Part shown: positions 1 through 11,945 of the stretch, piece after piece
Position numbering within the stretch: the stretch's first letter is position 1
How the letters are laid out: each line of letters begins with the position of its first letter
Assembly (NCBI GenBank): GCA_002269645.1
Contig: NIVC01003045.1
Span: 1 to 64,000, forward strand
Direction: 5' to 3'
Length of the DNA: 64,000 bases
DNA from: Macrostomum lignano
Lineage: Eukaryota
The notes under the pieces: generated by a model
Told to the model about the DNA's origin: nothing
The model's input: only the letters and a program-made list of their open reading frames with translations
The model's database searches: none
Position numbers and translations under genes: made by a program

Positions 1-1670
1 CGCGTTCCAGACTCGACTGCTCTCCATGCTGAGCGACGTCGAGAGTCCGTACTCGAGCAGCCAGTGAGTCCGATATTGTGACTCATGTGTGAGTGAGCTC
101 GAGCACTGTCTCGCAGCTAGTCATGCAGTCTCGCTCCGTTTCAGATCTGCATCGAGTCTGCTGCACTCGCTGTGTCTCATGGAGAACTCGGACGGACTGA
201 GACCGCTGGAGTTATCTGTTCTCATCGAGCATACTCCACATTTCAGTGCATCCTGCACGTAAAAGGCTACATTCTGAGTAAGCAGGTGAGTCACGGCATT
301 CGAGTTCGCAACACGTTCGACCTGCGGGAGTACGATCTGATGAAGGGTGAGCGAGAGGACAAGAATCCCATGCTCATGCTCACTCTGATCTCGGCGTCGG
401 AGCGGATCCACTGTCGAGTCGGGACTGCTCGAGTGTCCGTCATCAAGAAGTGGATGAAAGCAATTTTCCTTGACATGCGCGGCACTGTGATGCTGAAAAG
501 CATGTTTCTACAACAATAGTGACCTATATGAGTCCTCTGACTCCGTTCATAGTTGCGGTGGCCAGCTTTGTCCAATTCGGTCACTACCTGCAGGTTGGAT
601 ATCGGGAACACATTGGCTACTTGAGGTCGCAACTGCCCAGAGGTGTCTTTGGTGCCTCGAATACCAGCGCTCAAGAGCTCGCGGTGGATTTTGTGCGGTC
701 CAGTTGCTCCTCCCTGCAAATTCTGGCTTTCCTCTCCAACAGGTCCAATCCAGACAACAACGCCGTGATCTGTGTTTCCCCCGTTTTTTTCAACGATGTG
801 AAGCGCTACGAGGTGTTTCGGCTACCTCTCCTGATTCCGTTGATAGTTTTGGGGTATCTGCTAGTTCAGGCTGTCATCATAGTGCACCGGACAAGGATAG
901 TCCTCAGCAGTCCCCGATGGATGCCTCGCAGATCGAATTATCTCGTGCAGAGTCGTTTCTATGACAACGTGTTCATAATGAGCTTCATCAGTGGCCTGGT
1001 GTATGTCAGTAGCACTTTGGTTATGCTCTGGATGCTGGACTGTTCAGACTATGTGCTGGACCCTGCTACTGAAAACTACCGACTGCAAGTATTGTCAAGT
1101 GTCTCAGAGTGCTCCGCTGTTCTATTCATTTTCTTCAATCTGTTCAGCATCATTGAAGTGTACGAGATGATACTTAAACACGTGGCCTTCTTAGCCATCT
1201 GCTTTCGCTGGATGTTGGCCAAGTTTTTAAACTCCATTCCACTGCTGTTTATCTGGGCCTACCTGGTGTTTGGCACCCTTCTGTACCTTGCCGACGTTAA
1301 TGGTACCGATTTTCAATCGCATTTCGCAGTATTCTACTCACCGATGCTGTTGATTGTCAACCTGCTCCAGCTGTCGCCAAGGCTGTCTGTAATGATTTTG
1401 CACACTCTGTTCGCTCTCATCGTGACCATTAACATCCAGAACCTACTCATTGCCTACATTTTGCATGCGTTCAGTCACGTGGCAGTCAATTTCGAATTGA
1501 TCTACCAGCTATCCAGCCTTAACTGCTCCTTCAAGGCGTGGAAGTTCTATTGGTTTCTGACTCGAATGCTCCGCTACTGGGCAAAGGAGGAGCAGGAGCC
1601 AAGGTACGTCCTGACCGTTTGCAGCTTGCGGCCACCTCGCAGCCGATTTTTTGACACGAACCGAAGCTGA
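1..1670 (+). CDS. TRPV-like ion channel, copy 1 (5'-partial; 81-nt intron 64-144; about five single-base frameshifts between ~228 and ~515; membrane domain in ORF 519-1670)
   Basis: 1-462 is near-identical to 3297-3762 of copy 2, including the GTGAGT...TTTCAG intron. ORF 519-1670 has six hydrophobic segments and an S6/TRP-box-like tail (NIQNLLIAYILHAFSHVAVNFELIYQL). Several frameshifts are GG-to-G losses, so they may be long-read errors rather than pseudogenisation. Confidence 0.65.
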
Positions 1671-2865
1671 AGCGGAATAATTTTGGAAATCAGCCCAGTC
1701 TTAAACTGCATGCATCGGTCATTTTTACAGCTAACAGATGAAAATGCGATGAAAAACATATGCGGCATCTTCAGTCTTTAACCTTTTATTCTGAATTATA
1801 GTATGAATACTTACACTAAAGTCAGTTAGCCGATGAAGAGGACTCCAACTACTATAGCTATGTAAGTGGTATAAAATAAAAAAAAATAAGGGCGTAATGT
1901 TTGCTAAGAGTAATAACTTGGAAAATACACAAATATTTCTGGCAACTTGGCCCGATTGGTTTTGGATAACACGCGACTAACGAGAGAGACAAAAAACTCA
2001 TAACGTTTCCGCTTCGAGTATAAAACGATTAAATCTACATGTATATTTATTTAAATCACTAGTAAATTTCTTCTCTTCCGTGAATCTTAAAACCTTAGAA
2101 CCTTAGAAAATTTATGGCTTATTTTCATCTCCATGCACGCTACCTTATGTTACTTAGAGTTTTTTGCACTTATTAGTATTATTATTAATATAATATTTTT
2201 GATATATTTTTCATAGGCACAGTGAAGTGTACATGCCTAACGATAAATAAATTAGCGCCGCTGTGCACTCCTGTGTGAGTGTGTGCCTGTGCGTATGACT
2301 GCGTACGTATCCGCGCGCTTGTATGCCTGCTCAGGGGAGTCGGCGGAATGGGCAGCAATGCCTCTCGCCGGTTGTGTGACAATGTCGCTTACTGCCTCTA
2401 ATAAAAACGGTAAATGCCCGTTCGATGCAATGTATCCTACAAAAATAGAAAAATTTGTTTAAAGAACACTAAGACTTACTTATGCTGCTTCTGCTTTGTA
2501 ATAAGCAAAATGAGGCCTTCAAACGATTTTCAATAATCTGGCATCCCCTGCTACAACCAATGGTCCATAGAACCAGCCAAAAAGTCGATAAGACTAGTTA
2601 AGGTTGTAAAAAGAATGCTTAAATTTACTACTCAAATTATTGATAACACACTGAGCAAGCAGTGTGTTATCAATAATTCTCAGAAATGTAATTAAGTCGA
2701 TAACGCTTCCTGGATGGCTGTGCCAACTCTGTGTGAATCGACGAGTAGAGAGCGACTCAACAAACATTTGCACTTCGGAAGCAAGAGGCAATCATTTATA
2801 AAGAGAGGTGGGCGGTAGCTGAAATGTAGTCAAGGGATACTCTTGAGTGCTCAGTATCCAAGACC

Positions 2866-4953
2866 ATGCCTCAAGAAGATTCAGGATTTGTCTTCGACCC
2901 TGAGCTGTCTAATCGCCTGACGGAGTGCCTGCGGTGCGATGACGTGCAGCGGATGCTGGCGGTGCTGTCTGCAGCTGGCCTCGGACCCGAACACCTCAGC
3001 GGCCATCTAAGCACCGACGCTGAGATGCAGCGATCGACTGGCTGCTGGACGAGATCCTCATCGGGCCGCACTTCATCTGCTCAGCGCTGCAGCGTCAGCT
3101 TCAGCACAATCGTTCACCTCAGCGTGCTCAGGCAGAGCTCACGGGTGCTGAGCTTCATCTCTGCTGAACAGCCTCACCTGCTCATGATGCGAGACGATTC
3201 TGGCTCAGGTGTTCTGCACTGTCTGGCGGAGGCGAGCGTGCTGCTCCGGCGGAAGAGTGCTACCGGCGGAAACACTCGCCTCTCGGAGCAGTTCGACGCG
3301 TTCCAGACTCGACTGCTCTCCATGCTAAGCGACGTCGAGAGTCCGTACTCGGAGCAGCAGTGAGTCCGATATTGTGTCTCATGTGTGAGTGAGCTCGAGC
3401 ACTGTCTCGCAGCTGGTCATGCAGTCTCGCTCCGTTTCAGATCTGCATCGAGTCTGCTGCACTCGCTGTGTCTCATGGAGAACTCGGACGGACTGAGACC
3501 GCTGGAGTTATCTGTTCTCATCGGAGCATACTCCACATTTCAGTGCATCCTGCACGTAAAAGGCTACATTCTGAGTAAGCAGGTGAGTCACGGCATTCGA
3601 GTTCGCAACACGTTTGACCTGCGGGAGTACGATCTGATGAAGGGTGAGCGGAGGGACAAGAATCCCATGCTCATGCTCACTCTGATCTCGGCGTCGGAGG
3701 CGGATCCACTGTCGGAGTCGGGACTGCTCGAGTGTCCTGTTATCAAGAAGTGGATGAAAGCAGTTGTTAGCGAGATGTCCTGCGCCATGTACATGCACAG
3801 AGCAGCCATTGTCATATTCACTTTGATCTTCTCTCCCATTACATTTTCGTTCGGGACCATATCCGCGATGCTGTGCGGCGGCTACCAGCTTCAGTTGGGG
3901 TTCTCCGAGTTCACCCAATATATGCGGTCGCTGATTAATGGCTCGCTGTCCAACGGGTCCTCAACCGAGGAATTCATTCGGCATGGCTGCCAGCCAGAAA
4001 ACCTATTCCGCTTCCTGATCACGGATCTAAATCCCGCGAACAGCCGTGTGCTGCTCCGGTCTCCAGTTTTCTTTACGCGGGTCACCCGGTCCAACATCAT
4101 TGCAAATCTCATCAGCGTCCTGATCCTCTTAGCAATATTTCAGGCCTTTAGACTGGTCACCATTGTTTACAACGTTGTCAAAGATCGACAGTTCTATTCA
4201 TCCCGATGGATGCCTGCCTCCAAGTCCGATTTTGTAGTTCAGTCGCACTTCTATGACGCAGTGTACGCGCTGTGCTTTGCAACGGGTCTGATCTATATAG
4301 TCTTGGCCAGCTTGTTGAGCAGATTCCTAGACTGCTCAGCTCTTGTCCTGGGCATTTCCAGCGGCACTTTCTGGCTGTCGGTGCTAACGCAATCCGCTGA
4401 GTGCTCGGCTGTTTTGTACTTCTTCTTCAACATGTTCGGCCTATTTGAGGCCTACGAAATGGCAGTGAAGCAGGCGGCTTTTCTCAGCATCTGCTTCCGG
4501 AAGATGTTGGTGAACTTCCTGCTGGTACTGCCGCTGCTGCTAGTCTGGGCCTACCTGGTGTTCGGCACCCTGCTCTACATGACAGACTTTCGAGGCCAGG
4601 AGTTTAGCTCGCATCGTCACGTGCTGTACTCCCCGCTGCGGCTGATTATTAACACGGCCAACCTGCCGCACCGGCTGTCTACCAGCCTTCTGCACACGCT
4701 GTTCGTTATCAGCGTGAGCATCAGCGTGCAGAACTTCATCATTGGCTATATTGTGAGCGCGTTCAAAGAGGTTTCGTCAAAATTTGACATTGTATACCAT
4801 TTGAGCGGCTTGGATGCTGCCTTGCGCACCTGGCGTCTCTACCCGGGTCTGCTCAGGGTGGTGCATCTGTGCAGGAGTAGCCGGAGTCCATTCTGTAAGA
4901 GACCGAGCAGCACTGCAATCCGGGTGTGGAGTCTTCGACCAACGGCCGGATAA
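2866..4953 (+). CDS. TRPV-like ion channel, copy 2 (exons 2866-3359 and 3441-4953, ~668 aa)
   Basis: Intron 3360-3440 (GTGAGT donor, ctccgtttcAG acceptor, phase 2) removes the in-frame TGA and joins the two ORFs. Ankyrin-like motifs (STIVHLSVLRQ; SGVLHCLA; ENSDGLRPLELSVLIG) are followed by a pre-S1 YDL...PVIKKW segment, six TM segments, an S4-S5 linker FRKML and S6 QNFIIGYI plus a TRP-box-like motif. All are colinear with TRPV architecture from recalled family motifs; no database search was run. Confidence 0.72.
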
Positions 4954-5977
4954 GATAGTAGATATTAAAGTGGTTTTTTGTGGTTTTTTATGCAATTCCT
5001 TTCTTCCTTTTTCGACCAGCATGACTGCTGTGTTCTTTGAAGATTTACCAAGAGAATGGCGTGTTCCGTTCATCAACTAAGCTCGCAGTGCCATGAAAAA
5101 TGCATTGTGCATTCATGTAACCCATCAATGTTAACTTTAGCTCGTACCGACCTATTGATATCGTTGAAATTTCTGTAAGACCGACCGTCTGATCATTTTT
5201 CCAGCCGTTCTACAATAAATATTTGAGATGAATCGATTGTATCGTGACGATAACTTTGCTTTAATAAAATGAAAAAACTATATTATCCAAGAGTACTTAT
5301 CGGTAGACATTACGGCACTACTTTCAATAGAGTGTGCAGTGTATTTACAGAAATCTATAAACGCAAAGCATATAGCAGCAGGGTTAGATAAGTCCCGGAT
5401 TTTGCCACCAAATGTAGGCGTAACCGAGAAAACGAGTCGCAAGCGCATGCCCTTTAAAATAATTGCTTTTTCATAGCGGATAGAGGGATCGCGGCGTAAT
5501 TATAAGTAATAATTGATAGATAAGTATTTATGCGTATAGCATTACAGAAGTTTGCACGCAAGAGATATATAAACACTTATTAGCATCGATTTAGTGGTGG
5601 TTTCGCTACCTCTGTCGCAACTTTGCGACCAACCAGAGACAGAGACGCGAGCAGAAGTACATGATAAGGTCATTGTCTGCGTTGCTATGGAGTGACTGCA
5701 GCGAAACAAGCGCTGAGACACTGCCCGGGAGGGGAAATAGAATCTGAGTTGCTAGACAAACGTATAACAAGTGTCGAATGAGAAAGGATATTACACAGGC
5801 GGGAACTGGTTTTGCATTGACAGACAAATTCATTGCTTTTCGCGGTAGCTCGGTTTGCTGCTTAATGTTTAACGGTCGATTTTTGAAACGCGCTGGCTTG
5901 CTTTTCTGACGAATCCTTTTCTAGAACTTGCTTTAGAGTGTTTTAAGAGGAGTAACACGGCCCTTTAGAGTGAGTTC

Positions 5978-6260
5978 TACCGGGGTGCCAGTGTCGAACA
6001 GTGTCAGTGTGTCTACCAGGGTGCCAGTGTCGAACAGTGTCAGTGTGTCCACCGGGGTGCCAGTGTCGAACAGTGTCAGTGTGTCCACCGGGTGTCGGTG
6101 TGTCTAACGGAGTGTCAGTGTCTCTACCAGGGTGTCAGTGTGTCTACCAGGGTGTTTGTGTCTATCAGAGTGTCAGTGCCTCTACCGGGGCATGTCAGAA
6201 TCTCTTCTGGAGTGTCAGCGCATCCACAGGAGTGTCAGTGCATCGGAAGGAGTGTCAGCG
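5978..6260. repeat. Degenerate GTGTCAGT-rich tandem repeat downstream of Post2
   Basis: Repeated gtgtcagtgtgtctaccagggtgcc-like units. Confidence 0.8.
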
Positions 6261-6473
6261 TCTCTACAAGTTTTGGATAGATACATGGGTACAGATTTTC
6301 CGGGACCAAAATGGGATACCAAAGGTTGCAGTCTCTCTAGAGTCTGACACCCGATCGATATTTCCAGCTTGGCTTCCCCTCTGGATTCCCTTCTGAGCAG
6401 CAAATCAAAGAAGCAGCAGCTTCCTCTGCGCGGATTCTGCTAGGAAGAATAATCGATTGATTCGGGTCGAGCG

Positions 6474-6752
6474 TCAAGAGCAAATGCCGCCCTGCGGATG
6501 GACTACAAGCGAGGGATCCTTCAGGTCCACGCCTTGGTGGTGCATGTCCTCCTGCTTGAAGCTGCCCAGCTGCTCCATGTGGCCCATCAGCATGGCTCCA
6601 TGATGGTGCAGGCCGTGATGATGCTGCTGGTGAAGCTGATGGTGAGCCATGGCTGGACTGACTGACTCGGCTGACACGTTGTCCTCGGATGACCTTGTCC
6701 TGGTCTGCAGCTTCTTCTTCTTCATTCGACGGTTTTGAAACCAGACTTTCAC
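6474..6752 (-). CDS. Post2: Post2 posterior Hox gene, exon 3 (homeodomain helix 3 [14 protein letters not shown], His-rich C-terminus, TGA at 6474-6476)
   Basis: Acceptor cccgcAG at 6753-6755; phase 0 matches the exon 2 donor; WFQNRRMK motif. Confidence 0.93.
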   Translation of the reverse strand: MKVWFQNRRMKKKKLQTRTRSSEDNVSAESVSPAMAHHQLHQQHHHGLHHHGAMLMGHMEQLGSFKQEDMHHQGVDLKDPSLVVHPQGGICS

Positions 6753-7301
6753 CTGCGGGCGAGTGAGCGGGACAATCTCCATCATAGTGAGTCTGACGGA
6801 CTTTTAGGACATTCCACATGATAAAAAAGTGTTCTTTTTAATAAAAGGTTCGCAATCAAAACAGGATAGATCTACTGGGGTATTGTGAGACAGACTTTTA
6901 AGGATTCTACTCTCATCGCCACTACAAGTAGTTGACCAACCCTTACGAAAGGGTAGCGATAGGGTCAGATTGGTTCGAGTAGACTCCCACAGTCACAATC
7001 ACTTGTTACGGCTGGGGTTAGGGTTAGGGTTGCACACCCAAAGCACCCATATTATTCCCCGCGGCGAGTCCGAGGTTTATTGTCAGTTCTATCTATGACA
7101 ATGCATCACAGAATCGCGAAAGAAGTTCCTGATTAATCTGAAAATATGATGATCCACTCGCTTTCCATAAATAATGAGCTGTGTTTTTTAGACTACGTTC
7201 TCCGTTCTGTCATAGACTATTTTTTCAAATTATTTGTATAATATACTTAGTAGTCTACTTCCTAAGGCGACTATCAATAGTATGAAACGAGCATGGCTTA
7301 C

Positions 7302-7438
7302 CTGACGCTCAGTCAGATGCAGTTGGCAAGAAATTTCCCATCGTTTTTGCCGGGTGATGTAGGCGTTCATGAGGAACTCGCGCTCTAGCATGGCCGTCTG
7401 GTAGCGAGTGTACGGCTTGCGCTTCTTGCGGCTGCGCA
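7302..7438 (-). CDS. Post2: Post2 exon 2 (homeodomain residues 1-44, [43 protein letters not shown])
   Basis: Carries the lophotrochozoan Post2 signatures [11 protein letters not shown] and [15 protein letters not shown]. Acceptor gcAG at 7439-7441 (phase 1); donor GTAAG at 7301, at the canonical homeobox intron position 44/45. Confidence 0.95.
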
Positions 7439-7459
7439 CTGCGGGGGCGGCGGGTGGGG

Positions 7460-8310
7460 GAGAATCAGGTGAGGGCGGGTGGGGAATCACGTGAGAAGGG
7501 GTGGGGAATCAGGCGAGAGCGGGTGGGGAATCACGTGAGAAGGGGTGGGAATTGTAGATTTGTTTTAGGGGTAAGAAAAGGCTTGGCCACTGCGCGGCCT
7601 TGAGCGCCAATATATATATTTAGAAATCGATATTTGCGTGGGGTGGAGTTGCGCCTGATAAACAAGAAGCGTGCAAGCTAATTGGCTGCAGAGCGACCGG
7701 GGCAGGCATTGTACACTTGAGGGTCAGAGAGTTAAACGGTGTACGGCCAACAGGAATCAGGTGAGGGCGGGTGGGGAATCACGTGAGAAGGGGTGGGGAA
7801 TCACGTGAGAAGGGGTGGGGAATCAGGTGAGGGGGGTGGGGAATTGTGTGAATTGCAGGAGGATAATCAGGGGGAATTGCGGGAGGGGAATCAGGGATAT
7901 TTGCTGGAGAGGAATCAGGGTATTGCTGGAGAGGAATTAGGGGTATTGCTGGAGGGGAATCAGGGTATAGCTGGAGGGGAATCAGGGGTATTGCTGGAGG
8001 GGGATCTGGTGAATTGCGAGAGGGGGATCTGGTGAATTGCGAGAGGGAAAGCGGGTGAATTGCGGAAGGGGAATCAGGGGAATTGCGGGAGGATAATTAG
8101 GGGTATTGCGGGAAGATAATCAGCAGGGGAAGTGCGGGAGGTGAATCAGGGGAATTGCGGGACGTAAATCAGGTGAATTGCAGGAGGGGAATCAGGGGAA
8201 TTGCGGGAGGTGAATCAAGCTAATTGCGGGAGGTGAATCAGGTGAATTGCGGGCGGTGAATCAGGGGAATTGCGAGGGGGGATCACGTGAATTGCGGGAG
8301 AGGAATTGGG
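7460..8310. repeat. Degenerate GGGAAT(C/T)-based repeats in Post2 intron 1 (7460-7550 duplicated at ~7755-7840)
   Basis: Recurrent ggggaatcagg / gaattgcgggag units; a ~90-bp direct duplicate. Confidence 0.75.
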
Positions 8311-8723
8311 TGAATTCTTCTTAATAAAAAACAGACGGACGAGTTGGCCTCTTTCCTCTAGGATAGGGTCTACAAACAGAAATTTTTGCAAAAAAGATTG
8401 CGCTAAAAGCCACACTTCCCCTTAGACAGTTTAGGATCAATTAGTAAAATGCGCAGATTAACCATAAATTTTCTTTGATAATCATCAGACTCCGCGCAAA
8501 CGCCAGTAGCAACTGTCAACAGGCCAGCAGGCTATTTTTTGTCTCTTGGCTTTTAAAAGGTGAGGCGCTCTCAGCAACAGGGCAGATGATCGGTCAAATT
8601 TGGGTGGCTGCCTGGAAGCTGCTAATGGATTTTTCGGTTTTTAAGTGCCGCAAAGAGAGCATGCATGGGTGACCCCCATTGACCCCCCTCCGTGGACCCC
8701 GAAGCCCCGTGGGATGCACGTAC

Positions 8724-8852
8724 CGCCGGCTGCGGAGTCTGGATCAGCGAACTCGTCCAGCCGGGGCAGCATCATCTCGTGCGGAGCAAACAGGTACGAG
8801 CCACCGCCGACGCCACCGCCAGCGCCGCCGACTCCGACGACACCTCCGCGAA

Positions 8853-8886
<34 letters not shown>

Positions 8887-9504
8887 TTGCTGTTGTTGCT
8901 GATGCTGCTGCTGCTGCTGCTGCTGCTGGTGATGATGATGACTGTGAACTGCTGCAGCGGCCGCGGCCCCATAGAAGTCGGTGGGCGAGTGCAGGCCGGG
9001 GCGGCCGTGCCCGAAGCTGTGCGGGAAGCCGCCGCCAGTGGCAGCGGCCATGTGGCTGAGGAGGCCCTGCGACTGGGCCGCCTGCATGAAGTCCGGCGGG
9101 CCCGGGTACGCGCACGGGATCGGCGTGCCGCACTTGCCGACGCCGCCTGAACCCGGATGACCCGGCATGCCGCCGCCTCCGCCGCAGCCGCCGTTCACCG
9201 CCTGGGCGCTGCCGTAGTGAACTCGCGGATCGTACGGCCACATGTTGGCCGCGGCCTGCAAAGCTCCGTACCCGCCGCCGCCGCCGACGCTCCCGCCGCT
9301 GCTGTTGCCGTCGCTGTTGCGGCCGTCTTGAGGAAGCGAGCCGACGCAGCCTCCACCGCCGCCGCCACCGCCGCCGCCGCCAGAGCCCGACATTGCAGCG
9401 GCTGCGGCTGCTGCTGAAACTGCCGGCCCAGCGATTGCGGCGTAGGACGGTAGGCGGGAGCCGGGCGGGAACAGCCCGCTGCCGCTGGTTTCCATGGATA
9501 CCAT
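8724..9504 (-). CDS. Post2: Post2 exon 1 (Gly/Ala/Gln-rich N-terminus; probable start ATG 9504; total protein ~398 aa)
   Basis: GC-rich coding-like ORF with poly-Q, poly-G and poly-A. Donor GTACGT at 8723 is phase 1 and joins exon 2 in frame (G|TG = Val). The start codon choice is inferred. Confidence 0.82.
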
Positions 9505-9572
9505 GCTGTGCTCACCTGATTTAAGAATAGAATTACGGATTCGATTTTTTTTAATGCTCGACCCGTTTTCCA

Positions 9573-9830
9573 GGCTATGACTCATTCTCCAATCTATGAC
9601 TCATTCATTGAGCTATAACCCATTCTTTAGGCTATGACTCATTCTCCAATCTATGACCCATTCATTGAGCTATAACCCATTTTTTAGGCTATGACTCATT
9701 CTCCTATCTATGACCCATTCATTGAGCTATAACCCATTTTTTAGGCTATGACTCATTCTCCTATCTATGACCCATTCATTGAGCTATAACCCATTCTTTA
9801 GGCTATGACTCATTCTCCAATCTATGACCC
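9573..9830. repeat. 57-bp tandem repeat (~4.5 units)
   Basis: Unit starts at 9573 and 9630 (period 57): ggctatgactcattctccaatctatgacccattcattgagctataacccattcttta. Confidence 0.9.
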
Positions 9831-9976
9831 GTCCTACAAGTTATGACCCATTCTCCAGGTTATGAACCTTTCTCCAAGTCATGACCCAGGCTATGACCCA
9901 GACTATGACCCATTCTCCAGGCTATGACCCATCCTTCAATCTATCTGTAAACTATGACCCTTTCTTCAATCCATCT

Positions 9977-10093
9977 TGCATCCATGATGGATTGGACATT
10001 GCCGGTGGCGCGGCCTTTGTTCGCGCCCAAGCCATGAAGCGCGCCCTGTGACGCTGACTTTTGCCATCCTGACAGCGTATTTTGTTGTTGTTG
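9977..10093 (+). mobile_element. Severely 5'-truncated RTE-like LINE 3' end with (TTG)n tail
   Basis: Shares gaagcgcgccctgtgacgct and the TTG tail with the 3' end of the RT element at 51855-51900. Flanked by TTCAATCCATCT at 9965-9976 and 10094-10105 (candidate target-site duplication). Confidence 0.75.
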
Positions 10094-10347
10094 TTCAATC
10101 CATCTGTACGCTATGACCCATCCTTCAATCCATCTGTACGCTATGACCCATCCTTCAATCCATCTGTACGCTATGACCCATCCTTCAATCCATCTGTACG
10201 CTATGACCCATCCTTCAATCCATCTGTACGCTATGACCCATCCTTCAATCCATCTGTACGCTATGACCCATCCTTCAATCCATCTGTACGCTATGACCCA
10301 TCCTTCAATCCATCTGTACGCTATGACCCATTCTTCAATCCATCTGC
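10094..10347. repeat. 30-bp tandem repeat (~8 units)
   Basis: Unit ctatgacccatccttcaatccatctgtacg. Confidence 0.95.
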
Positions 10348-10983
10348 TCATGCCAGCTGTCAAACCAGCGAGCAGTTTTGAGTGCAGAGCCAGAGCTGAA
10401 GCCAAACACCAAACGGAGGGATTTCAAAAACTCTCCCCCCCCCCAATGCTCCATCCGATCCATCCCCAGGCCGGCCGGACCCTCCACTGCTCCCCAAGTC
10501 GGCAATAAAGTCGCAATTAATAATTGAGGAAAGGAGAGGGAGAGCGAGAGGCGGGGAGGAGAGCGGCTGGGCAGAGTAATAAAAACTAACTTTTATCGCT
10601 TTTCAGTCAAACAAAAGAAGCAGCCATGAGGGCAAAAGGATGTAAAAAGCGAAAGGCGGATGAGGTGGATGGTATGGGAGATTTCTAAGGGGATATCGGC
10701 CGGGGCGGGGATCGCAATTCTGCTGTTGTTATAGGCTTGACCATCTGATGGGAGATTTTCCTTGGGATTTCAGCAGCGCTGCGTGCTGATTGGGAGCCAC
10801 CTGACGGGGCATTAATTCGTAAGTAGGGGGATCTGGATGTCTAGCAGGGGATTGGGGCTGGTGCTAATTGGGGGATATAAAATTTTCCGAGCTAATTATT
10901 TTGTACTTGCTATCTAATCTGACTCGTTTGGAATTCAGTTTCTGTGCCGCGCTCAAGTGTATTTTTCGGGATCGGAATTTTTG

Positions 10984-11945
10984 AGATTGTGAAGCTTGGG
11001 GATTGTGAAGCTTGGGGATTGTGAAGCTTGGAGATTGTGAAGCTTGGAGATTGTGAAGCTTGGGGATTGTGAAGCTTGGAGATTGTGAAGCTTGGGGATT
11101 GTGAAGCTTGGGGATTGTGAAGCTTGGGGATTGTAAAACTTGGGGATTGTGAAGCTTGGGGATTGTGAAGCTTGGGGATTGTGAAGCTTGGGTATTGTGA
11201 AGCTTGGGGATTGTGAAGCTTGGGGATTGTGAAGCTTGGAGATTGTGAAGCTTGGGGATTGTGAAGCTTGGAGATTGTGAAGCTTGGAGATTGTGAAGCT
11301 TGGGGATTGTGAAGCTTGGGATTGTAAAGCTTGGGGATTGTAAAGCTTGGGGATTGTGAAGCTTGGGGATTGTGAAGCTTGGGGATTGTGAAGCTTGGGG
11401 ATTGTGAAGCTTGGGGATTGTGAAGCTTGGGGATTGTGAAGCTTGGGGATTGTGAAGCTTGGGTATTGTGAAGCTTGGGGATTGTGTAGCTTGGGGGTTG
11501 TGAAGCTTGGGGATTGTAAAGCTTGGGGATTGTGAAGCTTGGGGATTGTGAAGCTTGGGGATTGTGAAGCTTGGGGATTGTGAAGCTTGGGGATTGTGTA
11601 GCTTGGGGGTTGTGAAGCTTGGGGGTTGTGAAGCTTGGGGATTGTGAAGCTTGGGGATTGTGAAGCTTGGGGTTGTGAAGCTTGGAGATTGTGAAGCTTG
11701 GGGATTGTGAAGCTTGGAGATTGTGAAGCTTGGAGATTGTGAAGCTTGGAGATTGTGAAGCTTGGAGATTGTGAAGCTTGGAGATTGTGAAGCTTGGGGA
11801 TTGTGAAGCTTGGGGATTGTAAAGCTTGGGGATTGTAAAGCTTGGGGATTGTGAAGCTTGGGGATTGTGAAGCTTGGGGATTGTGAAGTTTGGGGATTGT
11901 AAAGCTTGGGGATTGTGAAGCTTGAGGATTTTGAAGCTTGGGGAT
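10984..11945. repeat. 16-bp minisatellite (~60 units)
   Basis: Unit gaagcttggggattgt. Confidence 0.95.

Noticed and set aside
3361-3363. In-frame TGA conserved in both TRP copies (possible readthrough or selenocysteine)
   Set aside because: It lies inside an 81-nt GT-AG intron (3360-3440; 64-144 in copy 1) whose removal restores the frame.
9505-9585. N-terminal extension of Post2 from the ATG at 9585
   Set aside because: That ATG comes from the 57-bp tandem repeat, the extension is AT-rich, and an acceptor-like AG lies at 9516.
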